DNA of 64,000 nucleotides from a virus. Lineage: Duplodnaviria; Caudoviricetes. Numbering within the stretch: the first letter of the stretch is position 1; each line of letters starts with the position of its first letter. The position numbers and the translations under genes were made by a program. Shown here in pieces: positions 8,512 to 16,761 of this stretch. The DNA is taken from the IMG/VR virus record IMGVR_UViG_3300042291_000844, positions 173,725 through 237,724 of that record; one strand, 5' to 3'. The notes under the pieces are model-generated. The model was not told the DNA's origin. It was given only the letters and a program-made list of their open reading frames with translations, and did no database searches.

Positions 8512-9090
8512 TTACGCAACCTTTAAGTAAGGTAAGGCTTTCTCGATAGTGGCATCGGTTACTTTGTAACTCTTAACCTTCTCAATCGCCTTCTCTAAGG
8601 ATATCGGTCCCCAAACGTACTTACCGGCAATCATATCGGTCAACATACGAATCACATCAGGATATGTTCCGAAAGGCGCCTTATTACCAACATGAACATA
8701 TTTCACACCTGCCTCTATATCCATACCCTTCTCAGTCTTCATACCACTTACTTCGTATGAATCGTAACAATCTGTCCAACCATTAAACTTACCATACTCA
8801 AATGAGTTGGCGATAGTTCTAATATCAGCGTATATCGCTGGTGATACTTCCGAACCATCTGGCATACACATATCCACATCTAAGGAGTTACCATTAGCGA
8901 AGGATGATGATTTACACCATATCAGGATATTAGGGTATTTGGACTTGGTATATGATTTAACTATCTTACCCGCGATTACTGGACTACCATATACATAGGG
9001 GGTAACACCATCATTTCTCATTCTGATGACCTCTGCAGGTAACTCAACTTTAACTCCATTTACTACGATTGCGATTTTCTTACTTTTCAT
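8512..9090 (-). CDS. LPD29-like (polyvalent protein-associated domain) early protein
   Basis: YPNILIWCKSSSFANGNSLDV...FEYGKFNGWTDCY matches the recalled LPD29 pattern. Confidence 0.55.
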   Translation of the reverse strand: MKSKKIAIVVNGVKVELPAEVIRMRNDGVTPYVYGSPVIAGKIVKSYTKSKYPNILIWCKSSSFANGNSLDVDMCMPDGSEVSPAIYADIRTIANSFEYGKFNGWTDCYDSYEVSGMKTEKGMDIEAGVKYVHVGNKAPFGTYPDVIRMLTDMIAGKYVWGPISLEKAIEKVKSYKVTDATIEKALPYLKVA

Positions 9091-9122
9091 GTTTTATATT
9101 TTAATTGTTTATCTCTTATTAC

Positions 9123-9159
9123 AAAGCTAACATACGAAGAATAATCGGTATTACCAAAT
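9123..9159 (-). promoter_or_regulatory. Bacteroidota-type promoter (TATGTTAG variant)
   Basis: TTTG-N20-TATGTTAGCTTT. Confidence 0.75.
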
Positions 9160-9195
9160 GTTTTACCAATTATTTTTCAGAAAGTTATCAACATT

Positions 9196-9654
9196 TTATG
9201 CCGCCTTAGGGGTATTGTAAACGAAGGACTTACAACTATGGAACTTCGTGTTCATTCTCTTCCATATGTTCCAGTCAACCATCTTAGGGAACGCACCATG
9301 CATATCACCTACTGTCAGTGCCTCTAAGAGGTTCATATCTATACTACACCATTTACCACCCTTAGTAGTCAGAACGTGAAACCAATTGGATTTACCATTG
9401 GTAACCCTCTCTACCTCCACCACTGTGGTGTTCTTAGATAGGTAATAGGGTAATGACTCCACCTTACACTCTACATCACATATCATAGGGAATCCGGCTC
9501 TTGCCTTCGCAGTGTATCTGAATCGGTGTTCCTTACCGGGTTCAGTTAACTTACTAACGATAACATTCGCTCCATTAATACGGATGTTACCATAGAACAC
9601 ATCCCCACCCATTGTACCTTTGTTTACTTCGATTAAATTTGTCATATCTCTCAT
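9196..9654 (-). CDS. Hypothetical early protein (MRDM leader)
   Basis: 152 aa, starts in the shared leader ATGAGAGATATG. Confidence 0.75.
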   Translation of the reverse strand: MRDMTNLIEVNKGTMGGDVFYGNIRINGANVIVSKLTEPGKEHRFRYTAKARAGFPMICDVECKVESLPYYLSKNTTVVEVERVTNGKSNWFHVLTTKGGKWCSIDMNLLEALTVGDMHGAFPKMVDWNIWKRMNTKFHSCKSFVYNTPKAA

Positions 9655-9661
9655 TGTTTAT

Positions 9662-9698
9662 AAAGCTAATCTACAACTAATAATCCACATTTCCAAAT
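9662..9698 (-). promoter_or_regulatory. Bacteroidota-type promoter (TAGATTAG variant)
   Basis: TTTG-N20-TAGATTAGCTTTATAAACAATGAGAG. Confidence 0.75.
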
Positions 9699-9730
9699 AT
9701 TTAACCATTTATTTTTGAACTATTTTAGGC

Positions 9731-9945
9731 AAAAAATAACCCATCCCGCGGAGGCTAATCTCGAGATGGGTAGTTCAGAATGAACATTTCAGGATAGGAG
9801 AGAATGAGAGGCCTCCCTTTAACTACTTCATAACTAACCCCTTAGCTATGAGTAGGGTAATAGACACCCGTGTGGTAATACCCGCGGGATTTACAACTAT
9901 ATCTTCCGGCATCCTAGAGTACACTCAATCGGATGACCTATTCTT
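9731..9945 (-). ncRNA. Candidate structured ncRNA (~215 nt) with own promoter and terminator
   Basis: Between promoter 9948-9984 and terminator ACCCATCTCG/CGGGATGGGT+T6; several internal helices; only a 29-codon ORF (9823-9912). Confidence 0.6.
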
Positions 9946-9947
9946 AT

Positions 9948-9984
9948 AAAGCTAAGATACGAATAAAAATCCGTATTTCCAAAT
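9948..9984 (-). promoter_or_regulatory. Bacteroidota-type promoter driving the ncRNA candidate
   Basis: Identical to 3871-3907. Confidence 0.8.
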
Positions 9985-9993
9985 TTAATGTGT

Positions 9994-10024
9994 AAAAAAA
10001 TGGGACCTATTACAGTCCCATTTG
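9994..10024 (-). terminator. Intrinsic terminator of 10050..10271
   Basis: ATGGGAC/GTCCCAT stem followed by a T run on the minus strand. Confidence 0.85.
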
Positions 10025-10049
10025 TTATTACCTAACCATTAGATGCTAA

Positions 10050-10271
10050 TTAAGCAGCCAATAATTCTTTTCTAGCGATACGTGCCTTATTCAAAGACTT
10101 CGTAGATACTGAAAATTTCTCACCCTCAACAGCTACACGTACTCTGTAACTTACGTTACCAGTAGGGCTAGTGATTTTTTGGATGTTTGATTGAACTGAC
10201 TCATACTGAGTTTTTCTCTTTGCAGATGCCTTCTTTGAAGTTGTCCCTGCTTTCTTTGAGATTTTTGTCAT
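10050..10271 (-). CDS. Small basic protein with AP2/integrase-type DNA-binding-like domain
   Basis: Lys-rich tail plus SYRVRVAVEGEKFSVSTKSLNKARIARKEL (three strands then a helix). Confidence 0.55.
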   Translation of the reverse strand: MTKISKKAGTTSKKASAKRKTQYESVQSNIQKITSPTGNVSYRVRVAVEGEKFSVSTKSLNKARIARKELLAA

Positions 10272-10346
10272 AGTGTTTATGATTTAATGGCCTGTGTTGA
10301 ATAGGGGTCCCAAGCCTTTACCCCATTTATTAATGTTGTTTACTTA

Positions 10347-10380
10347 GTAAAGATACGACAATTATTTGATACTACCAAAT
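10347..10380 (-). promoter_or_regulatory. Bacteroidota-type promoter (TATCTTTA)
   Basis: TTTG-N20-TATCTTTA; 5' UTR hairpin GGGGT/ACCCC downstream. Confidence 0.7.
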
Positions 10381-10470
10381 ATTTGGGTAACTATTTTTTG
10401 GATTACTTCCCATAGGGTAGGTTGTTCCATTGTTATTACGTCCACATAGGACTGAATACGTCTACTCATA

Positions 10471-10671
10471 TTATCGGTTTTCGTTTAAGGTGAATAGGGA
10501 TTTGGGTAGTGGAGTATGTGATTCAATGACACCCAATAGATATCCAGCTCTTTCAGCTATTCTATTTATCTCACTCTCTTCACGGTCTCTAATCCATGTA
10601 TCACTATTGAACATTTCGGATAATGCTATCTTAAGCACCTCCACGTGTTCGGGGGTTAAATTCAATTTCAT
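10471..10671 (-). CDS. Hypothetical protein
   Basis: 66 aa. Confidence 0.65.
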   Translation of the reverse strand: MKLNLTPEHVEVLKIALSEMFNSDTWIRDREESEINRIAERAGYLLGVIESHTPLPKSLFTLNENR

Positions 10672-10672
10672 A

Positions 10673-10873
10673 TTAATCGTTTATAAATTTACCATCTATG
10701 AAGAGGATGTTGGTATCATCTTCCAATAGGATGTTATAGTACCCATCGTTGAAATTGGTTAAACATACATCCAACCATTCATAGTTGATATTGTTGGTAT
10801 CCAACCACTTATCGAATTTAACGGCATCTATGCCTTTACTATTGGCTTTCTGAATAATCTCTTGAGTTGTCAT
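10673..10873 (-). CDS. Hypothetical protein
   Basis: Start moved to ATG 10873 (MTTQEII), just after the stop of 10875..10988. Confidence 0.7.
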   Translation of the reverse strand: MTTQEIIQKANSKGIDAVKFDKWLDTNNINYEWLDVCLTNFNDGYYNILLEDDTNILFIDGKFIND

Positions 10874-10874
10874 A

Positions 10875-10988
10875 TTACTTGTGTTTAATGTGTTGTAAGG
10901 TGGTTTTAAAAAAGGCGTATCCAACGATGGTTACTACTGCGATTAATACCGCTTCTAAAATTGTAATGTGTGTGTTCATATCTCTCAT
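10875..10988 (-). CDS. Small single-TM protein (37 aa, MRDM leader, not in ORF track)
   Basis: MRDMNTHITILEAVLIAVVTIVGYAFFKTTLQHIKHK directly behind promoter. Confidence 0.65.
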   Translation of the reverse strand: MRDMNTHITILEAVLIAVVTIVGYAFFKTTLQHIKHK

Positions 10989-10994
10989 TGTTAT

Positions 10995-11031
10995 AAAGCT
11001 AAGATACGGCAGTTTTTCCGTATTTCCAAAT
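10995..11031 (-). promoter_or_regulatory. Bacteroidota-type promoter (TATCTTAG)
   Basis: Same motif; spacer holds the ATACGG/CCGTAT inverted repeat. Confidence 0.8.
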
Positions 11032-11102
11032 TATCCACCTGGTTTTTTAAAAGTTCTTGATTGAGTATCAATGGGTTAGCTAAGTGGTTGACTACCAATG
11101 GG

Positions 11103-11381
11103 TTAATTAGTTATTACGACCGGTTGACCATTCATTGCGTACGCACATCGGTAACCATATTCAGGTAGAGTGACGTGGTATATCCCTTTATTAAAATCAG
11201 TAGGGGATGTGACCAACGAAACTGTTTGTATTCCTGCCAGTTCGCAGTACGCTTGAAATTCATTAGGTTTCATACCCGGTCCACCTTCGGTGATATTGAC
11301 TAGGTTCATTAGGGATTTCAGACGGCTCATAGTGTTAGGGGTTATGTTCATAGGATTAGGGGTTAGGGGTTTCTCTCTCAT
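11103..11381 (-). CDS. Hypothetical early protein
   Basis: Start moved to ATG 11381 because the promoter occupies 11385-11421. Confidence 0.7.
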   Translation of the reverse strand: MREKPLTPNPMNITPNTMSRLKSLMNLVNITEGGPGMKPNEFQAYCELAGIQTVSLVTSPTDFNKGIYHVTLPEYGYRCAYAMNGQPVVITN

Positions 11382-11384
11382 TAC

Positions 11385-11421
11385 AAAGCTAATATACAAA
11401 TAATATCTGATACTACCAAAT
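11385..11421 (-). promoter_or_regulatory. Bacteroidota-type promoter (TATATTAG)
   Basis: TTTG-N20-TATATTAGCTTT. Confidence 0.75.
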
Positions 11422-11451
11422 TTATTTGAAATCAATCTCTCTGACTATCAG

Positions 11452-11883
11452 TTAGTTAGAGTTTCGGTAATTAGAACGATATTTCTTATTGACTCTATGT
11501 CCCACCTTATTATAGATTTCATAAGATATCATACCAGATGATGTATTCATATAGAACCAATCCCACGTCTCATCAGAATAGAACCTATCCCAATTAGGAC
11601 CTTTCTCTAACATCTTTTCAGTAGGGTTATATACAATCACCCCAATCTCTTTCAGACTCTTATATACACAAGAGTAGTATCCGGGAGAACTCTCACCCAT
11701 CTCGTGGATAACATTCGTCCACTTCGGTTTAGATAGAAACTCTACTACGTTCACTAGGGGATGGTACACTCTGAGTAAGTATCTTTTATTTACTTCGCTC
11801 CAGTAGGTACTATATAACTTATCTTCAAATAGGTCATTACTAATTTTATCAAAAATTAATGTACTTCGGTTTAAACTATTCAT
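11452..11883 (-). CDS. Hypothetical protein
   Basis: 143 aa. Confidence 0.75.
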   Translation of the reverse strand: MNSLNRSTLIFDKISNDLFEDKLYSTYWSEVNKRYLLRVYHPLVNVVEFLSKPKWTNVIHEMGESSPGYYSCVYKSLKEIGVIVYNPTEKMLEKGPNWDRFYSDETWDWFYMNTSSGMISYEIYNKVGHRVNKKYRSNYRNSN

Positions 11884-11894
11884 TGTATAGGGGT

Positions 11895-12134
11895 TTATTT
11901 GTTTGTAAAAAGTTTATCAATAGTAGAAGGAGAGTAATCAGATAGTGAAAGGAAGTTCACTAGGTTACATACACTATCGTAACTCAACCTCGTCCAATTG
12001 ACTTCGGTTCTTAACTCATCCAGTACCATACTGATGGTATAAGGAAAAGAAGGTTCAGTACTTAATAGATACTCCAGATGATTTGGATTCAATCGGTAGT
12101 AAAGGGAATTAGGGTTGTATTTCATATCTCTCAT
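11895..12134 (-). CDS. Hypothetical early protein (MRDM leader)
   Basis: 79 aa behind promoter. Confidence 0.75.
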   Translation of the reverse strand: MRDMKYNPNSLYYRLNPNHLEYLLSTEPSFPYTISMVLDELRTEVNWTRLSYDSVCNLVNFLSLSDYSPSTIDKLFTNK

Positions 12135-12140
12135 TGTTAT

Positions 12141-12177
12141 AAAGCTAATCTACACATAATATTCCACATTTCCAAAT
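12141..12177 (-). promoter_or_regulatory. Bacteroidota-type promoter (TAGATTAG)
   Basis: Near copy of 9662-9698 including the leader. Confidence 0.8.
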
Positions 12178-12406
12178 ATTTTGCCATTTATTTTACTGAC
12201 AATTTGTCTTCCAGTGCTAAGCGATTGAGAATCAACCGCTTTATTTTCCCAAAATAATCCAACCTGGTTAACATAATGCAAATTATATAACAAATAAATC
12301 CCCCTAAAATACAAATGATATAACGCACTGACGATCAAGGAGTTATGCAGTCACGAAGGAAAGTGAACTGGGTCGTTACAGTCAAACGCACTCCGCCCAC
12401 CCACCC

Positions 12407-12441
12407 TATAAAGGTACGGAAAAAAATCCACATTTCCAAAT
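12407..12441 (-). promoter_or_regulatory. Orphan Bacteroidota-type promoter (TACCTTTA)
   Basis: TTTG-N20-TACCTTTA with no convincing ORF downstream. Confidence 0.55.
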
Positions 12442-12563
12442 AAAAGAGATGACAATGTGTCCGATTTGAGCGATTTGCAATATCATCAAGGAATCCCCCA
12501 ATGCGTTGACTCGATTGCAATCCGGAGTGAAATGGCACTATGACATAATGTCCGAATCACAAA

Positions 12564-12636
12564 TGTGGATAACTCGTATACAAATGTGAATAACGTGTGT
12601 AAAAATAAGCGATAGAAAATTTTTTTATGTGCAAAC
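12564..12636. promoter_or_regulatory. Cluster of DnaA-box matches
   Basis: TGTGGATAA 12564-72, TGTGAATAA 12585-93, TGTGTAAAA 12596-604 (all fit TTWTNCACA); one-mismatch copy at 12628-36. Confidence 0.55.
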
Positions 12637-13024
12637 AAAGGTGTAGTGGCCTCTCCCTTAATACAATATAGTGTCATAGGGTGGGAGGTTGTGGGAAAAT
12701 GTGTCATAAATTATTATGATTGGCGGTGCATTGTGCAACTACTTAACTAATGGAGAAGCCGTAGGATAGTGATAAGACCCGCTTAACTCCTTATAGAGAG
12801 GTTAATTCCAATGGGGTGGTATAATTTCACCGCATGGGCATGGAATCCCCTTAAAACCCCTCGATATCCTCACCTCTCAGCACTCTCGAGTACCCCCAGC
12901 AGTGTGAGCTAAATACCATGAGTGAATCCCTCGTGAGTGACGGGTTGGTACTCTTTTCTTTGTACTATCTCGACTATATAGACTATGGTGTGTATCCGTA
13001 CTGGGTGTGTTATCGTATGGACAT

Positions 13025-13063
13025 AAAAAAAGGATATCCTCATTTCATCTGAGTGTATCCTTT
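13025..13063 (-). terminator. Intrinsic terminator ending the 13.2-22 kb gene run
   Basis: AAAGGATA..CTCA/TGAG..TATCCTTT followed by T7. Confidence 0.75.
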
Positions 13064-13220
13064 GTACTGTCTTATTGATTACTCTCCCCTATACTATGGT
13101 ATGAGTCATTATCCTCTTTAGTGTTACGCAATTCCTTATTTATTTGACCTCTCCCAACACGTCGGACATTCCCCTTCCACTTTTATGAGTGTCCCACATA
13201 TCGTACATAGTTCGTTTTGT

Positions 13221-13415
13221 TTACCCATGTGTATTCCTATTCCTTTTACGTGTCGTTAATTCCTTTGCATCCCTTCCCATTGCGGAGTACATAAATCTTA
13301 CCCATGCAAGGGGATATCGAAGGAGGTATTGGATTCGAGGCGTTCCTCTCATAAATTGATTACTCCTCTCTACGAACCATAAGTGATTCTCTACAAATTT
13401 TACTAGCCATTTCAT
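13221..13415 (-). CDS. Small hypothetical protein
   Basis: 64 aa. Confidence 0.6.
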   Translation of the reverse strand: MKWLVKFVENHLWFVERSNQFMRGTPRIQYLLRYPLAWVRFMYSAMGRDAKELTTRKRNRNTHG

Positions 13416-13422
13416 AACCTTA

Positions 13423-13599
13423 TTATTTATTTTGTTCTTTTAGATTTATGATTAGGTGGTTTATTAACTCATCCCAACTTTCCGCTTTATCCATTACTAT
13501 TCTATTGTATTCACTTAGTACCTTATGGAGTTGCTCCTCACTTAATAGGATACCATGTTGTACTCCTATTTCTTTAATATCGTTTATACTTACATTCAT
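13423..13599 (-). CDS. Small hypothetical protein (58 aa, not in ORF track)
   Basis: MNVSINDIKEIGVQHGILLSEEQLHKVLSEYNRIVMDKAESWDELINHLIINLKEQNK. Confidence 0.65.
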   Translation of the reverse strand: MNVSINDIKEIGVQHGILLSEEQLHKVLSEYNRIVMDKAESWDELINHLIINLKEQNK

Positions 13600-13659
13600 A
13601 TTACTATCAAAAAAATCCTAGTTGACGACTCCGGCCGAACCATACGACCAAAGTCGATG

Positions 13660-13773
13660 TTACGGATTGAGTGGGGTTAATATCATTATAAGGAGTGATA
13701 TTAGTATTACTGCTACCACCACCTCCGTCATATATTCTATATTCCCTTTGGATTCGTTTTTATTCTTTATCAT
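13660..13773 (-). CDS. Small TM peptide (37 aa, not in ORF track)
   Basis: MIKNKNESKGNIEYMTEVVVAVILISLLIMILTPLNP; followed by a CGACT/AGTCG hairpin and T run. Confidence 0.45.
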   Translation of the reverse strand: MIKNKNESKGNIEYMTEVVVAVILISLLIMILTPLNP

Positions 13774-13819
13774 AACGGTCTTTGGTTACGGCCTTCGTAT
13801 TAGTTTGGCCAATTGGGGT

Positions 13820-14011
13820 TTAATCTAAATACTCAATTGATTCCGTTACGATGGTTGCAAGACAATAAAATATGATTGCCGGAAATGGGGTGAATACACT
13901 TGCTAGAAATAATACCCTCCAAATTGCAACATCACTATTAGTGTATCTTGCTAATCCACTACATACTCCCCATATCTTTTTATCCAATTCACTTCTATAA
14001 TATTTTTTCAT
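13820..14011 (-). CDS. pspC: PspC-domain membrane protein
   Basis: YRSELDKKIWGVCSGLARY...WRVLF PspC signature. Confidence 0.85.
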   Translation of the reverse strand: MKKYYRSELDKKIWGVCSGLARYTNSDVAIWRVLFLASVFTPFPAIIFYCLATIVTESIEYLD

Positions 14012-14012
14012 A

Positions 14013-14162
14013 TTACCATCGTTGTTTTTTGTTAACTCCTATCCATGTATCTCGTTTCTTATCGTTTACCTCTTTGATTTTTGGACGGGGTTTTAATTTT
14101 ATTTTTACGGGAGTTTCAATATTCTCCCACTTCTCTATATTGTTGGGGTCGATTCGTGCCAT
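14013..14162 (-). CDS. Small basic protein (49 aa, not in ORF track)
   Basis: MARIDPNNIEKWENIETPVKIKLKPRPKIKEVNDKKRDTWIGVNKKQRW. Confidence 0.6.
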   Translation of the reverse strand: MARIDPNNIEKWENIETPVKIKLKPRPKIKEVNDKKRDTWIGVNKKQRW

Positions 14163-14167
14163 ATCGG

Positions 14168-14479
14168 TTACAATAAAAATTCAGTATCGTCACCGGTTGA
14201 ATAAGGTATATATTGAGAAACAAATTCTTGATGGTTTCTCCACCTTTCTGCATCTTCTCTTAGTTGACGAATCTCATCTCTCAATTCTACTGCTTCTGCA
14301 TGTAATTGTTGAATCTCTGCTTTTAATCTTTCATTATCTCCTTGTATATTAAGGATTTGCAATTGGTAAACTCTATTGTTACCATCTTCATATACTCCCA
14401 TGTGTTTGTCTATGTTTTGTGTGTAGGTTGTTCCATCACTCAATGGAAAGGTTTTCGTTAAATAATCCTCACGATTCAT
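14168..14479 (-). CDS. Coiled-coil hypothetical protein
   Basis: Heptad stretch NERLKAEIQQLHAEAVELRDEIRQLRED. Confidence 0.7.
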   Translation of the reverse strand: MNREDYLTKTFPLSDGTTYTQNIDKHMGVYEDGNNRVYQLQILNIQGDNERLKAEIQQLHAEAVELRDEIRQLREDAERWRNHQEFVSQYIPYSTGDDTEFLL

Positions 14480-14599
14480 TTACTTCGTTTCTAATTTATT
14501 TATCCAAAGATTTAGTTGTTCACATATTTTTGGATAGTTACCAGTCGATGCAAAGTAAGCCCAAATCTTATATAGTATTGCTATTGTTAATTTTTTCAT
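14480..14599 (-). CDS. Small protein (39 aa, not in ORF track)
   Basis: MKKLTIAILYKIWAYFASTGNYPKICEQLNLWINKLETK; TAAATG coupling. Confidence 0.55.
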   Translation of the reverse strand: MKKLTIAILYKIWAYFASTGNYPKICEQLNLWINKLETK

Positions 14600-14625
14600 A
14601 GTATTGTGTGTTATATTATTAAATA

Positions 14626-15348
14626 TCACCCTAATTCATTTATTAAAAAATTTCCCCATTCTACGTGTGCTTCTGCAGTTGGGTGGTTACGTGGTAATAA
14701 TTCTACATGTCCTTGTTTGAAATTATAATCATACATTGTATGTTTTTTAAAATCAGTAGGTAATCCATCCCATAATACTTCCAAATCCAGTTGATAATTA
14801 AATCTACTAAACTTATCAATTTTAGTTAGGGGTTCGGTTGGTAATTCATACTGATAAAAAGTATTAAAGAAATAGTAAGGGATTTTATGTTTAGATAAAA
14901 ATGCAGATAAGGCAGTAATCTGATTAAAGGTTTTTATATATGATGGTATAATATGGGTTTGATTTAGGACAAACTCATCTTCAGTTGTCTTATCCCTATC
15001 ATTCTCACCCCATTTATCATATCCTACCCATAATCGCTCTTGTTGATATTCCGTACCATTCCACCATTCAAATCGGGTTGGTGCAGTCCATCCTATTACT
15101 ATTATCAATTCATCAGATTTTACCCAACCAGTTTCTTCACTCCATATAGTTTTATCGGATAACCAACGGGATACATCTCTAATTGTTTGACGATAGATAT
15201 AATCATTTGAAACTCCGGCAGTTGCATTGTTGCAATCTATCCATCCATAATGTTTTGCAATATGATGTGAAAATCGTTGGGTTTCTTTATCCTCTAACTC
15301 TGCACCCCATACTACGGAATCACCATGTGTGTATAGTACTTTACTCAT
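14626..15348 (-). CDS. SGNH/GDSL-fold protein
   Basis: HGDSVVWG, NNATAGVSN, C-terminal NHP. Confidence 0.75.
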   Translation of the reverse strand: MSKVLYTHGDSVVWGAELEDKETQRFSHHIAKHYGWIDCNNATAGVSNDYIYRQTIRDVSRWLSDKTIWSEETGWVKSDELIIVIGWTAPTRFEWWNGTEYQQERLWVGYDKWGENDRDKTTEDEFVLNQTHIIPSYIKTFNQITALSAFLSKHKIPYYFFNTFYQYELPTEPLTKIDKFSRFNYQLDLEVLWDGLPTDFKKHTMYDYNFKQGHVELLPRNHPTAEAHVEWGNFLINELG

Positions 15349-15977
15349 TACTGATATATTTTTTGTGTGCTCAAATCATTATACAACCAACTACCACCAC
15401 AATGTGGATTATTTGAATGTATCTTTGATGAATGAAATATTTCTAATCCTCTCTGTGCTTGTTCTGGTGACATGTACATATGCCAACCTATACAATCAAA
15501 CTCATCCTCTTTATATAATTTGTATTTATGTCTGCCATCGTATATCATCGGTCTTGCCCACTCATTGAATTTTTCATCATCAGTAAGTATCATACCACCT
15601 TGTCCAATATTTAGGATTTTCTTAATGTGAAACGATAATATCATATAATTTTCACCATCGTACATTCCTTGATGAAATGCAGTTGCTGCATCTACTATTG
15701 GTGCACCATCGAATTTATATAAACCATCCCATTCGTAATCTTCGAATACCGGTTTGTTACCAGATAGGATAATTTGGTTTGGTACGGATACATAAGTTCG
15801 TGCAGGTATTCCAATTTCTTGACCGGTTATACCCAAATAGTGTAATACCAAGCGAATTGCATTAGAATTTGAATCACATGCGATACCATACTTTGAACCA
15901 CAATAATCTGCTATTTCATTTTCAAAGTGGGTAACCCAATCCCAACTATCATTTATTGTATAATCTCTCATATTCAT
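15348..15977 (-). CDS. Short DegT/DnrJ/EryC1/StrS PLP aminotransferase
   Basis: FENEIADYCG..GIACDSNS, DAA, SFHIKK (PLP Lys), GQGG; only 209 aa. Confidence 0.85.
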   Translation of the reverse strand: MNMRDYTINDSWDWVTHFENEIADYCGSKYGIACDSNSNAIRLVLHYLGITGQEIGIPARTYVSVPNQIILSGNKPVFEDYEWDGLYKFDGAPIVDAATAFHQGMYDGENYMILSFHIKKILNIGQGGMILTDDEKFNEWARPMIYDGRHKYKLYKEDEFDCIGWHMYMSPEQAQRGLEIFHSSKIHSNNPHCGGSWLYNDLSTQKIYQ

Positions 15978-16761
15978 TTAATATTAATTTTGCAAAATAA
16001 TTTGATGCGTATTCATTCGGATGACCACCATTACCTTGTGTATATTTGTTATATTTTAAAGGGTCTAATAACATATGTACAGCCATTGTGTTTCCATAAA
16101 ACGATATCCATCGTTCATCGTTAAATATCTTATCAATTACTTCTTGATTTAAAATACACGACATATGACTTGACCGGATTATTGGTTCATTTAAATGTAT
16201 ATCGACGTGAGTATTTTTTAATATAATTTTATCATTATTAATAACTACTTTACTATCAGCAATTGCATCAAAAAATAAATAAGGAATTTTATGTAATTCT
16301 AAAAAGTTTTTTAAATTTAACATTGCTACATATGTTTCATATACAGCATAATTCCAAGTTGAAAATAAGGGTGATAAGATATCTCGATGTTCCATAACAT
16401 AACCATGATATGAATCAATTCCACGAGATTTCCAATCACCTTTCTGGCCATCATGGATAAAATCTTGAGGACGGATTGTTATTATTTCATGATAATCATT
16501 TTTATGCAAAAACGTACCCAACATTCTAGTAATTTCTGACCATGCAACTACTACTATTGAATTTGATATTAGTTCTGGATTAGTGGTTAGATATCCAATT
16601 ATGCTAGTTGATATATAAGAATTACCCGCACCACCCTGTGCACGATTATGTAATTTCAACCCCATCATTTCACTTAAATAAGTTGCCCAACTACCTTTTG
16701 CTTCTAAGGTATGACCTTTTGTGAATGAACACCCGGATACTATTAAGTTTGTTTTATCCAT
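15949..16761 (-). CDS. SGNH/GDSL-fold protein
   Basis: SGCSFTKG, NRAQGGAGN, GGHP. Confidence 0.75.
   Translation of the reverse strand: MDKTNLIVSGCSFTKGHTLEAKGSWATYLSEMMGLKLHNRAQGGAGNSYISTSIIGYLTTNPELISNSIVVVAWSEITRMLGTFLHKNDYHEIITIRPQDFIHDGQKGDWKSRGIDSYHGYVMEHRDILSPLFSTWNYAVYETYVAMLNLKNFLELHKIPYLFFDAIADSKVVINNDKIILKNTHVDIHLNEPIIRSSHMSCILNQEVIDKIFNDERWISFYGNTMAVHMLLDPLKYNKYTQGNGGHPNEYASNYFAKLILNEYERLYNK

Noticed and set aside
3870-12177. Repeated ~37-bp motif as a CRISPR array
   Set aside because: Copies are degenerate, irregularly spaced, separated by whole genes and match a promoter consensus; no cas genes are present.
12150-12707. ORFs 12150..12338, 12335..12538, 12486..12707
   Set aside because: Mutually overlapping, atypical composition, and they run across promoters and DnaA-box matches.
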